Source: Lingula anatina
Taxonomy: Eukaryota > Animalia > Brachiopoda
DNA length: 64,000 nt
Reading direction: 5' to 3'
Assembly (NCBI GenBank): GCA_051362555.1
Contig: CM120640.1
Location: 65,140,788 to 65,204,787, forward strand
Shown: in pieces, positions 51,649-64,000 of the stretch
How the letters are laid out: every line of letters begins with the position of its first letter
Numbering within the stretch: the stretch's first letter is position 1
Notes under the pieces: model-generated
Database searches by the model: none
What the model saw: the letters and a program-made list of their open reading frames with translations, nothing else
What the model was told of the DNA's origin: nothing
Translations under genes and position numbers: made by a program

Positions 51649-54600
51649 ATGAACAGCCTGTGGCATTTCAAGCCAGGGGTGATGTACAGGCTGCTCAAGT
51701 CCCCCGAGTATGTGGAGTTCAGAAAGGTCATTGTTCTCCAGGAGGCACGCTTCATGGAAATCACAGAAGAGGGTGAGGGGATCAGAAGTGTTCATCTCGC
51801 TCTCACAGCTGACACCTTGTTTATTGCAGAAAAATGTCTTCCTGACTATGTAAAGCAGCCAGAGGTATGGACAGAGTCAGATCCTGAGTTAGAAGGAGTG
51901 GAGTTGATAAGTATTCTGCCACTAGATGCCTCAGATATTGTTGTGCAAGATGACAGGAAGTATAAGCGGATCCATGTAGACCTACCTAATGGCACAGCCC
52001 GTCATTATGAATATGCAGAAACGGTTCGCTCAGAAAGGATCTGGAAAGGTTGGGTCCAGGACGTCGCTGTGCTGAACAGACAGCAGACTGAAGATGCTGA
52101 AAGCCATGTGAACCTCACTGTTATTAGGGTAACTACTACAAAGTATGTCTCCTCATCAGAATCTTCAGATGAAGATGAAGAAGAGCCTTCCAGAGCCCAG
52201 AGACGTAGAGATTTTTTAGGAGCAGGCTCTGCTTCTGCTGCAGCTGTTGTTGCCCCAGGCATAAACACCATCATGGCAGGAGCAGGAAGCCGAAGCAGAA
52301 CCAGCACAACAGCGAAGACACTCACAATGAGGAACACCCACCGGAAGACAACACAGCAGATATCATCTGAGAGGGAAATAGATTCCTCCAGCCTGCAGCC
52401 AGTCAAATGTTTAGTGGAAAAATACAATGGTTTTGCTGACAGGGAAAGTAAATTTGCCACTGAAAAGAGCTCATTTTCACGATTCCTCTCAAAAGCTGCA
52501 TATCAATTGTCTCAAGTGCCGACAATGTTCAGTAAAAAAGATATTGACTCTGTAAGCACAATTCCACTACCTGAGATTTGCAATGATATCAAAGAAGTAG
52601 AAACACCTGATCCACTGTTATCACATGATTCTGAAAAGTTTAAAAATCAGAAAGACAAAAGTGTCTCAAACCTAAAGCTTTTAGAAGATAGTTTAAAAGA
52701 AAAATTAGTGGATAAAATGAATGCCAGAGCTGAAGATGAAGGTGCCTTGTGTCTACCTGATCTGCTGAATTCTACTGGTTTATACTCCCCCAATACCTCA
52801 GACACCCTCACCCCTCACGGGTCTCAGTCCGACTGCAGTGTGCTGGCCAAGTACCAGAGACAAGAGGGTCACAGGGGGTTGGGATACCACATGGACAGGA
52901 CACAGCTCCTACGCATGCTGTCTGTGCCCACAGTGCTGAAAGGAGGGGCAAGTTTTCTGGAGGATTACTACAGGTACGTTCTGCTGTTAGGGTTGGAGAG
53001 ATTGTGGTCTGCTTTAGTGACCTGTTTATATAGGGGTTGACTGAAATTTTTGATCTTTTTATATCTATTAGAATCTTAAAGCATCATACTGAAAAAAAAA
53101 CAACATTTTCTAGAAAGAAAGATTTTGTTTATATTGTTGGCTGGTTTTTATAGGGTATTGGGGGTAAGTGTTGACTTAAAAATTAGGTCTTTTGATCCCT
53201 GGCTGACCTTCCATTGTTAGGGAACTTTCTTTTCCAATAGCAGTATGATTTTTATTAAATTCAGTAAGGAGTACTGAAATGTTACATTGTCTATTGTTAT
53301 TTAAAATCTCCATTTGCTATCTTTTATTTATCCTTTAAAATTCAGACCATTTGCTAAAATATTTTGTCTAAAAGGAGATAATTTAGAGCTAGCATGTATA
53401 ATTTGAAATCCACGAAATATAAATAGGTTATTCAAGTAGCTTACCTGTATTATAACAGTTGTTTGAGTTGAAACTGTTTAATTCATGACTTCTGACCCTC
53501 TTTTCCTAGAAACAAAGATGAAGTTTCTGCTGAGAGATGTAAACGGAAGAAGTTGTCAGCGTCATTAAGTTTGAAATCCTTATTTCCTAAGTTGACAAAA
53601 GAAGAGAGACATTTTAAGGCCGAGGCATGTATGCAAGCATAAAGAGAGGGAGGAGGTGGTGGTGGTGGTGGTGGTGGTGGTGGGGGGGTGGGGGGGGGGG
53701 GGAGAGATGGCCTTATATTACATAACATTTTAAGCTCTTCTGATTCCTCTTTGTTTTTAGATACATGTTTGAATTAGGTTTCTGTTGAGATAACTTTATG
53801 ATGTAATTTAAACATACTTGAAACGTGACTCTCACTCTCATGTAATTGAAGGTAATTTTTTAAGCTTAGAAAAAAAGGTGAAAGATAACATTATCCATTG
53901 TTTTTATCAGTGAGATGTTTAAGTAAGTGGCTTATTTGTCTTAACTCGCCCTTTAGGGATCAAGTGAACAGTGACGCAGATCGCTTTGAGTAAAACAATA
54001 AGATGATCACATTTCTTGTTAATGGCATTGCCAGGTTGACTTGTTCACGTGTTTTCTTCTTCTTTAATGTCAATAGATACACCAGTTAAGGAGTAAGAGT
54101 GATTTGAACTTTACCATTAACCAAGCTGGAAGGATGATAGAAGGAGAGTGCCTGATGTCTTCCCATGCTTTAAGGTATGTGTGTGCGTGTTTATGTGTGT
54201 TCACATGTATGTGATGGTGGATAGGACCAATCGGCACAGGTGTATGTATTAAAATGAGGTATTGGACAAAAATATAATTTAAAAATTTTTATCAAATTGC
54301 TTTGTGTGCTGATGAATTCTCTTGCTTGTTTATTTATCAGTTCATTCATATATTTTCTTGTTCATTTATTTATTTATATATATTTATTTAGTAGACTATT
54401 TAACTTCACTACATGTGTATTTATTTACAGACTAAATTTAAACTACTAAAACACCATGTGTTTTAAACATTATATCTTTTAATCTATATGTGACGTGACC
54501 GTAGATGTTTTTTTACCAGACCACACATGGCTTTGGTCCTTGTGTTAATAATCCTCATAGGGAAAAAGAAATCAATTTCTCAGATATTGTGGAAAGACTG

Positions 54601-57600
54601 TTGAAAAAACATGTCCCATGATATTATTAATTCAATTGTTGCTCTTATTTGTGGTACCAATACCAAAGGGTATATTGGCTTTAAGGGCAAACTTGCAAAA
54701 TTAGCAGTATATTTGTTACACGTTAAATATCCATTTAAAAAGATGAACAATTTTTTGTCATGCAACCAAAAGTTTTGAGTTTATAAATTTGCATGTCATA
54801 GCTTATGAAAAATCCAAGAATTTGCAGAGCAGAGTGAGAGTGGAAAGTTATTAGCCTGGCTTGATGTGGTCAAGGATGGAAAAATTGTGATAGAAAATAA
54901 TTAGAGAGTGGGTGGGGCAAGTGCAGATTATTTTCCTGGCATCTAATTAACACACTGTGTTGGCACACATTCACATGGTAGTAAAGAATGAAGCACTGAA
55001 TGTTGAGTGTTATTACACCAGTGTCCTACTAAGGACACATCAAAGATGATACCCATGCTAATTAATATACTGTTGCAGTGCAGTATAGTGTAGATTAACC
55101 CAAGTAATGTGACTTCAGTTTTGTGTACAGTTCTGATGTACTTCTGTATGTATCTCCACACAAAGTAATGACATTCAAATAATTGCCTCCAAATAATGAA
55201 CAACCCTTGTTTTCAGCTCAGACTACCAGAAGACCAGCCATGGTGAGAGAAGCTCGAGATCTGATGTTTTCAGGGACATGTCCCGTCCCCAAGACCTCCA
55301 AACTGGACCAAATGTTCAGAGGTGCAGGAAAAGTGAGTGCATTGTTTTATATTTCTGTGGGATGGAGATTTTTTACTATTATTTTTTTTCACCAGTGCTA
55401 TTTATTATTTAGCATTTCCAAACTACAGTAGGTGTTGACAAAATTAAATCACATTTTATTTTAGTATCATGTCTGTAGAAAAAACTTCACCTGTTTTCAG
55501 TGAGTGGCCCTCAGCCTCATGACACTGAACCTCCAGATGATGTGTCTGGAGCTAGGAGACCGTCCTTCTCTGTCAGCGCTAGGAAGAGGTTGTCCAGGCT
55601 GCCTGGGTTGGGGCACCTGCTGCAGTCCCCAGAGGACCAGAGAGCCACAGCCAACAACCACTTGGAGGATGTGTTGACAAATGACATACATGCTGCCAGC
55701 AATACAGCAGGGGTTGACACCTACTTCAAAAAAGGGTACTTTTTTTCTTTAAGACAATTTCATGTGGTTACAGTGACATACAAATATGACTAAGGAGGAA
55801 TGATCGTAGTAGTACTCCAATAAAGTTGTTACTGAAACTAGGTATTTTAATATCAGAATGGACAGAATCTTTAAAGACACATGAGTAGAGTGAGGGAATT
55901 TCTTATAATGCATATAAATCTTTTATACCAGTTTCTTATACTGTACAAATGAAACCCACATGCCCCTCCCTCTCAATCTCATGGTCAGCAGAAAAAAGAC
56001 TTAAAACTTTTAAAATTTGTTTGTAAATTTGTTTTACTAAATATTTTCCCCTCATTCTGTACAGTGCAGAAAGTACTAGTAGGCAGAAATATCTGTGCAA
56101 ATATCATTTTTAAATTTATAATGTAATGAATTTCTGTGGTACATATCTTTAAATTATACTATTTGAAATACTATCATGGTGGCTTTTGGTCAAGTTTAGT
56201 GGCAATAATTTGATGCAAGTACTTACTTAACAGGCATCCTTAAATTTGTGCCATTAATAAATTCTCAGTGCAAACAAGTTAAAATTAATTTTTTTTTTTA
56301 ATTTGCAAGGTTGAATATGCATTTTGTTATGAGAGGCATATGGTTTTGTAGCATTAAAAGTTTTGCTCCTTCCCCTATAGACATAGTGTGTGTGAAAGGC
56401 CAGAGCTGATCACTGACCTTAGCGTGGATGCCTTGGCCACAGAGCTGACTCTGATAGACAAAGAGCTGTTGGTCAGGATACATAGCTCAGAGCTGGTGGA
56501 TTGTATCTGGACACAGAAGGACAAGGTGCTCACTTATAGTAATAGTGTTTTGTTTACAATGTCCACTTTCTGGTAGATTTTCTTTGGTTTAACATTATTT
56601 CCATTTAATATAAGTTTACTTGAAGAAGTTTTTTCTTTTTTTTTAATGTGTGTGTGTGTGTATTTATGTGTATGTGTGAATTTGGAGCTTTTCCCCAATT
56701 TTTCCTTCATTTTCATAAAGATAAAAGTGATCATGTTTGTTCTCAATTCCAGTACGTCCGTGCCCCCAATGTGATGATGGCAATTGCCTTCTTTGACCGT
56801 GTGGCAAATTTGGTGGCAACTGAAGTGTTACTCCCAGACACTCCCGAGGAGAGGGCAAGAATTATTGTGAAGTTTATCCTGGTAAGATTTTTTGAAGATA
56901 CAGAATTCTCAAGGGTTGATAATGTTTATTCTGTCATTACCACTATGTAATATCAGTACTAGCTAGTTTTTTTTTTTTCTTTTAATTTCCATCAGAAATC
57001 CTCTCATCATCATTAGCTAAATGGCATCTCAGTTCTAAATCTGTACTCCCCCCCCCCCCCCCCTGCCTGTAATAAAAAAGAGAATAGGAAAAAAATATAA
57101 CTTGAAATTTGACATCCAAACAATTACAACCCAAAAAGAGCTGTTCAGAGGCAGTATTGGTTCTGATTTTGTAATTTTAGGTTGCAGACAGGTTGAGGCA
57201 CATGAAGAATTTCAACTCTTTACGTGCCATTCTTGGAGGCCTTCAACTTACACCCATCTACAGGCTGACAGACACTTGGAATAGAGTCAAAGAAAAATTC
57301 TCCAGGAAATATAAGTATGTAAACATGTAATAAAAACTTTGCAGAATGATTGATATTTCTATGTAAAATTAAAATCATTTTCCATTAAAGGGATAATAAC
57401 TCTTCATGTGATATCTATATTTCACAATAAAAACATTGTGAACAACTCATAGAAATATAATATATTCTGTTTTACCACAAAAGCGGCAGTTATGGCTATT
57501 ATTCTGATATCTGAGCTTGTCTTCAGATCATGTGACCTCCATTGATGGCTGTACTCGGTTATAATCTCTTAAGAGATTTTATCAAAAAACCAAACTTTTC

Positions 57601-58489
57601 AGAAAAAAACCAGGGACTAACTTTGAATGTAAAAATAGATTCATTAACCATTGGTAAGTATGGGAAAATTGATGTTTACTCCAGGAAAATTCATTTTTTG
57701 GCCAAAACGAAGAGTTTTTATCCCTTTAAGTTGCAGTCTAGTTATTTAGTGATAATGAAAAATATAACATTCTTGGACCTGAGAAAACAGAAATCATCTT
57801 ATGAAAAAGTGTGTATCAAATTAAAGTGTTGCAAGTGTGACGGCATCGTTTCTTTGCAGGATTTACCAAGACTTGTCCGAGTTGATGTCCCATGAGAAGA
57901 ACCACTGCCGTTACCGTGCCGCCCTAGAGAAGGCGTTACACAAGCCGCCCTGTCTTCCTTTTATTGGCGTTTTCTTACAGACAGTGCTAGCAGTGGACAC
58001 AGCACGCCGCGTGGCAGGCAGAAAACAAAAACAAGTTAGTGACCTTATAAGACATCAGCATTTACATTTTGGTATGACCCACATAAAAATATTGTAGTTT
58101 ATGTGCTAGTATTTCCTAAATGCAATCTACAGAAAGTTTTGTTATCTTAATGGAAACAATTATAAGATTTTAAGTCCTTAAAGGTGATCTTGATTTGTCA
58201 TCCCTTACAGAAATCCAGGCAGCAGCATGGCGCAGAGAGACATCCCCACAGGCGCAGGTCTGGGTTCGGCAGTCTGTCACCACAGGAAGAGGAGAGTGAC
58301 AGAGAGAAACTGCCACACTTGGATCCAAAGAAAACTTTATTCAAGTATCAGATGAGTGCAATACAATACACCTTCCCCAGTAACCAAAGCGTGCGCAGGT
58401 TTCTGCTGAAAGCCCAGTATAACACGGATGATGTCAACTACCAAGTCTCCTGTCAGAAGGAGTCGCGCAAAACCACCTCCGTGTGTTGA
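51649..58489 (+). CDS. RasGEF (CDC25) domain protein, RalGPS-like catalytic domain at the C-terminus, about 890 aa
   Basis: Exons 51649-52973, 53510-53628, 55217-55332, about 55479-55735 (junction ambiguous), 56381-56525, 56753-56881, 57181-57314, 57860-58034, 58211-58489. CDC25 motifs LATELTLID.EL..RI...EL....W, APNV, ERARIIVKFI.VA..L..MKNFNSL.AILGGL...PIYRL..TW, PPCLPFIG. Confidence 0.85.
57389..57725. mobile_element. Second copy (inverted) of the TTAA/AGGGA MITE, in a RasGEF intron
   Basis: TTAA-AGGGATAATAACTCTTC ... GAAGAGTTTTTATCCCT-TTAA. The interior is the reverse complement of 15642-15977; the spurious ORFs 15625..15825(-) and 57542..57895(+) translate alike. Confidence 0.85.
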
Positions 58490-59080
58490 CACCAACTCCC
58501 ACAAACTGGAATGTTACATAGGAGCATATTGATTTGCAAGTCAAATTGTTTCATCAAAAACTTTCGGAAAATTTGTTCTTTAATACAAATGAGATTTTTA
58601 ATTTTGTGCCAAAATATTTGAACATTTCAAGTGCCATTTAGAAGAGTACCTTTTTTTGTCTTTAACTTTCTTTTGCTAAAAATGAACTGGTTATAAGTTA
58701 AGGTACTACGAGAAAAAATTAATGCTTTAAAGAAAAAACCAATTCTTTATTGTTTTAAATAAATCAAAAAGTGCCAAGTGTTCAATTTACATGTATTCAA
58801 AGCTTTTCACTATACACAACCTGAACGATTATTTTCAATTATTTATAAATAAAATAAAATGTTTTCTGCGCATCTTTTCCTTCCACTTTCAACATCAATA
58901 TAAACCACATATAAAATTTTAACATTTGGGAAGTATTCATCTGACTAGATCTGCATTTAAGCAAAAAAAATAATAATTAAAGCAATCCATATGCACAAAT
59001 AACGGTGACAAACGGGGTATGGTGAATAAAAGAGAGCTAATGCTCACAAACAATAAGGTAACAAATGGCTGTTATCAAGA

Positions 59081-61323
59081 CTAGAAATGAATAACATGAG
59101 CTGAGAATTCCCTTGCATCTCTACAAATACGCCCACACAAATTGCACTGCCATGCATTGTTCAAGTTGTGCAAACCCATATGCAAATAGTATAGAGTTTT
59201 CTCTGCAAACACAATCTTGCAGTGTCTGCACATTTTCAAAGACTCCCGATTCTCCAACACAAAGTCTACAATACTGGAGGTTTCCCCACTGGTGCTGGGA
59301 CTAGCCTCACCATGCGTGGTGTCTGGGTTCATCTGCGCTGTCTCGGACAGTGGTGTAGAGCAGTCTGACCTGGCTGATCTGGTTGCTGGAACATGGACGG
59401 AGGAAGGGGTGTGGCTTTTTTCATACGTATGAGCAGACTTGTGTCTGGCCGAGGGCACCAGGCTGAGAGCCCTGCTGTGATGTGCAAAATTCACCGGTTC
59501 CGAAAAAGCAGGATGGCTCTGCAAGGAAGCAGGGCATTTTGGGGGCACTGCCTTGTGTGGGGATGACACTTTACGCAGGCTCGCTCCTACTGACATGTCT
59601 TCCACCATACTGGCAGATGCTGGCCTGGTCCTCTTTATATGCAGTGGTAAAGCATCCCCAGCAATGCTAGCAGAGGCAGCCCTGAGCCTCTTCACCTGTG
59701 GTTGCATGGGCTCTTTGCTATTCCACAGACTGTGACCCTCGCCTCGCTGGCGTCTCTCCTTCTCCACATCTTCCATGTCGTGGTGTGCATGTGTCATCAT
59801 GTGCATTGCAAGTGCGTCCAAGGAGGTGAAAATCATGCCACACTGCCCACACACCTGCATGTTGCCTCGATGCATGTCTGCACGCTGTTGTGACACTGTC
59901 CCTGGGGCAGCGAACTCATCATTCATCTTGGTCAAACTATTGTAGCCTGCTGAGCTCCCTCCAGCCAAGTAACTGATGCTGGAGGAAGAGGAGGAGGACC
60001 TGGGGCTGGACTTGATGTCACCGGAGTACATGTCCTCAGAGTGGTCTGTCATCACATGCATGGCCAGGGAATCCTTGCAATCAAACCTCCCAGCACAAAA
60101 CTTACAGTACAGCTCATCCTGCAGTCTCAGCAACAGGGGCACCTGCTGGTCTACCTCACCCTGGCTGGCTGTGGTGACTGGAATGGTCAGCGAGGTGGAC
60201 TGGGCAGTTGAAATCTTTTCCTCAACTGCCTCTGGTTCTTTGCCCTTCTGGCCAGGTTGGCTGTTTGGTGCCTTGTGCTCAAACATATGTAACATAAGGG
60301 CGTCCAAGTCCTTCAATTTTTCTCCACAAGTCTTACAGATCATTGGTTGACCCCCTCTCTTTCCTGTGTCTACAGCAGGTGCAGGAGGCACATGTTTGTT
60401 TTGTAAATGTGCCTCAAACTCCTGCACAGTTTTCAGCAGAACAGGGGTAGGCTCACATATAGGGCAGCATATGGAGGTGGGGGCCTTTCTGCTGCCTACA
60501 CACGACTCTTCCTGCGCCCGCTGTAACTGGTGCATGGCATAGCTGTCACGGTTTGGAAAGATGACGCGACATTCTGCGCACACAAACACATCTGCCAGCT
60601 TTTTCTTCATCTCCATGTGACGTGGGCCACTGAAGTGAGCCTGCAGAGCTCGCCTACCAATGAACTGTAACCCACAGAATTTACAGAAGTAATTATTGAC
60701 TTCAGCCACAGCATGCATACACATGTGGTAGATGAAAGCCTTGCTGTCTGAAAACCTCTGCTGGCATACTGGGCAGTACATGACCACATGGCACTCACTA
60801 CTCAGATTTTTTTCTCCGTGTATGGAGGAGAGGTGGAGCAGGCCCTGGTAAGCCACGCTCTGCTCTGGGTTGGGTGTGCTGGCCACAAATGTGACATCAC
60901 AGGCATAACAGACCAGGGAAGAGTTAAAGTGCAGCAGCCGGTGTGTCTGCAAGCAGTCAAAGTCCTCTAGCTCCAGCATACAGATATCGCACACTGGCTG
61001 TGGGTGAATGTGCAAGTTGGCATGGTTCTGGTGCACATCTGGCTCCGAGGTCTCAAACCTACAGGTGTGGCAGGTATAGGGCAGGTCTGAGGGGGGTCGC
61101 ACCACCTTACTGTTACTGGGGGCCAACGACAGGATCAAGGAGGGGCCACTGTGTGCTGGGGTGTGGTCACTGAGTGGTGTGGATACTTGGTCATTATCTT
61201 CATACTGCCCACACTGACCAGAGTAATAGTCATCCTCGGGCTCCTGCTTGATGGTCACTGTCACATCTTCCATACTAATGCTGTCAATCTTGTTAGTATC
61301 TGCAGCAATGGGGGACCACAGAC
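59081..61323 (-). CDS. Multi-C2H2 zinc-finger protein (at least 730 aa) with a C-terminal Ikaros/Hunchback-type finger pair; large last exon
   Basis: ORF 61273-59081 has about a dozen Cx2C...Hx3-5H fingers and ends CRHCKIVFAEKTLYYLHMGLHNLNNAWQCNLCGRICRDAREFSAHVIHF. The frame stays open upstream to an acceptor (cttacag) at 61323, so an upstream exon is likely but was not located. Confidence 0.88.
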
Positions 61324-64000
61324 CTGTAAGACATCAACCATTATTTTCAATTAAATATACCAGTAAAGATATGTTTACAGTATCTCCAGTCCTCACTTAC
61401 AGTAAACAAATAAAAGACCTTAAAGCACAAAAGAAAAAGAAAAAGCTATCATTGTCAAAAAAAGAAAAAAAAATTGCACCATGATAGATTTAAAATCTGG
61501 CAGCTACTGTGTTGGTGTGGTACTTTACGCCTTATCTAAGGTTCCCTTCTAACAATGTATGCATATCTTATAATCGTCTTGGTAATAAAAAGCATAGCCC
61601 TATAAAAAGGTCAAATCTAAGGTTAGAGTTACACAGCTTAGTACAATGCGCCCATTATGTACACATTCTAAACAATATCCACTTTGCCTGCACAACCTGT
61701 AATAAATGAATAAATGAGAATACTAACACTGTTCACTGCATAAAAAATCAATGTTATCAGTTGCCTGCTTGATTAAATTTCATTTCAAGACTATAATCCA
61801 AAATTCAGCAATACTTAAAATGTCCAAAAATTAATAACATTTTCCCCAAAAATAACAAGTAAAAGAAAGAAGAATGATGCAAAAATAAAAGATAATGCAA
61901 TTACCACACAATATGCATTATACATAATTATTACATCGTTCCAAGATATTTGATACAGCTTGTACAATATCTGTTATGACTGCACGACTGTTATGTGCAA
62001 ACCAGTCAAACAAAACCTTTGGCATAGAGAGTTTCAATTGATTTCTGGTTCTGGCTGTTCTACTGCTGTCCATTTGTTGGAGTTAACATTTGAAATATTC
62101 ATGATGAACTGCTTAAATGTCAATACTGATACTGTAATTTTGCAACATATGCCACATAAACTGGTGATTGAAAATATGAACGATTTGTTTTCACTGCATT
62201 TTGCATATTAAAAACCCCCTGAAAATAAGATAATGCATGCACCAACTTCTGTAAAATGTTACTTTTCATTGTGTTCAATCTTTTTATTACCTTTGATGTA
62301 AAACTGAGGTTTTCGCTACTTGAGGTTAAAGGAGAAATTGTATTATAATTGAAAATTTGACAATTAAAGTAATATGATTGACTGATGTTATATTATTATA
62401 AGTATAAAAACCAAAAACATGCATGTATATTAAGAATATTTAAGATGTTTAATTTAAACATATTTTAAATCTTGACTCCAAATTTAGGAAAAAAAACATT
62501 TGAAATGCAGCTGGGACATTTGGCATAGTCAAGAGTTCTTTTTTTTTTTTTTTTTTTTTTAACTGAATGCCGTATACATTTGCAGTTATACTTTCCCAAA
62601 ACAGACATGACAAATATCTTGATCACATTATAAAATAAAGATATACATACCAATAAATTCTGTAGCGTGGTCTTCTTACAACTTGGCTAACCACATCTGA
62701 AATGGAATGTCCCTTATTACATTCATTGTATCATCAATAGATAATCTAAGTGACAAAACACCCAGCTGCAAGGAACTTGGTCTTCCAGTGCTGAATATAA
62801 TGATGTGAAAGGAAGCCAACACTATGCATAATTTAAAATTCACGTTCAATTGCGTTCTCAAAAGGCAGAATATGCAGCACACAGAATTGAACAAATAATC
62901 AAATATTCATGGTTTAGTCTAAATAAATGATGATATGCTATAAATATGCAGTGGATAATGCTTTGTAATATGTGGCTGGATCAATACACAAAAGGAACAG
63001 ACAACCATCATTGCTGAACAGCAATGTTCTCATGGAGTGAGTGGGTAAAAGAGGGAGAGGGGGGGTATCAGAGATGGGGGGGGGGGGGGGGGGGGTCATA
63101 TGGAGGGTGAGGGAAGAGGGCATGGAAAAGCACTGAAAATTCCAGTTTGGAGTAATACAATATTTAGAGAAAAAGCTGAACATATACTATACCAGTACAT
63201 AGTGATAGGTAATGTATTTGCAATAAATCCCAAAAGCATTCAGCATGTCCTTTTTTTCAAAAAAAAAATTTTTTTTCTGTTGTACATATATTTTCTTGTA
63301 GCAATCTTTTTTATTATTATTATTTTGTAAAAAGCATTAAAATGCCAATGCCTCAGAGTAGCTACATGAATAATCTGCTATCACATTTGTATTCATACAT
63401 GTTACACTAAACTTTCAGATTTTATTTCAACTGACATATTCCTCATTTCCACACTGTCACACTAATGGCCAGTAGCAATCAACTTAAACCTAGATAACAT
63501 TTGCCAAAGGTGCCATTTCAGAAGATTACACACAGCCACTGTCCACGCACGCACAGATGCGCATGACTTTATGTGCAGCGCTCGGACATCACATGGCAAA
63601 TGTAACCCAATACAAATATCACAATTACTTTGTTAAAAGCAGATAACTTATTTCCCACCATATCGTGTATCTTTCAATTTGCTAAGAGGTTGATGCAAAG
63701 GTTAACAACAATGATTGGCTCCATAGAGGGGGTAAGTAGGCAAATCTACAATAGAGAAACCAGTCCTGAACAGACATGGTGGACTGAACTTTCAATTTAA
63801 ATAAGGCTATGGACACTACATGATATTATACAAGATTAAAAAAGGTACAAGAATCTGACAATGACCACACTCTCCTCAAAAAGCTATGAAACGTACCTGA
63901 ATTTTTATTTTTGGTTAAATATGCACAGTCAAAGTGAATTTTTATCACACTCATAAGTTTCTTTATTTTTTGTAAATTCCTTAAAACATAGTAGCTTTAC

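Noticed and set aside
59081-61273. Assigning the symbol hunchback or IKZF
   Set aside because: Only the C-terminal finger pair matches; the diagnostic central fingers are not present in this window

Overview
AT-rich, intron-containing animal genomic DNA, most consistent with a lophotrochozoan such as a mollusc (inferred from gene content and repeat families, not proven). Hand-splicing at GT-AG junctions gives nine gene models. In order: ROGDI (-), a hydroxyproline dehydrogenase-like PRODH2 (+), proline dehydrogenase PRODH (-), TIMM22 (+), DHDH (+), an orphan His/Pro/Tyr-rich 149-aa protein (+), a quiver/Ly6-type three-finger protein (+), an intron-containing oocyte-type linker histone H1 (-) and a CDC25/RasGEF-domain protein (+). 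A multi-C2H2 zinc-finger gene (-) ending in an Ikaros/Hunchback-type finger pair is present as its large last exon only. The standout is the tail-to-tail PRODH/PRODH2 pair: the paralogs share intron positions, differ at the known Tyr/Ser substrate-selectivity residue, and each sits head-to-head with another gene. Non-coding features include Helentron-type elements carrying satellite arrays, TTAA/AGGGA MITEs, several hairpins, a minisatellite built from a splice donor, a candidate 15-nt microexon and a strong excess of the palindrome TACATGTA. All exon coordinates were derived by eye and need RNA-seq confirmation.
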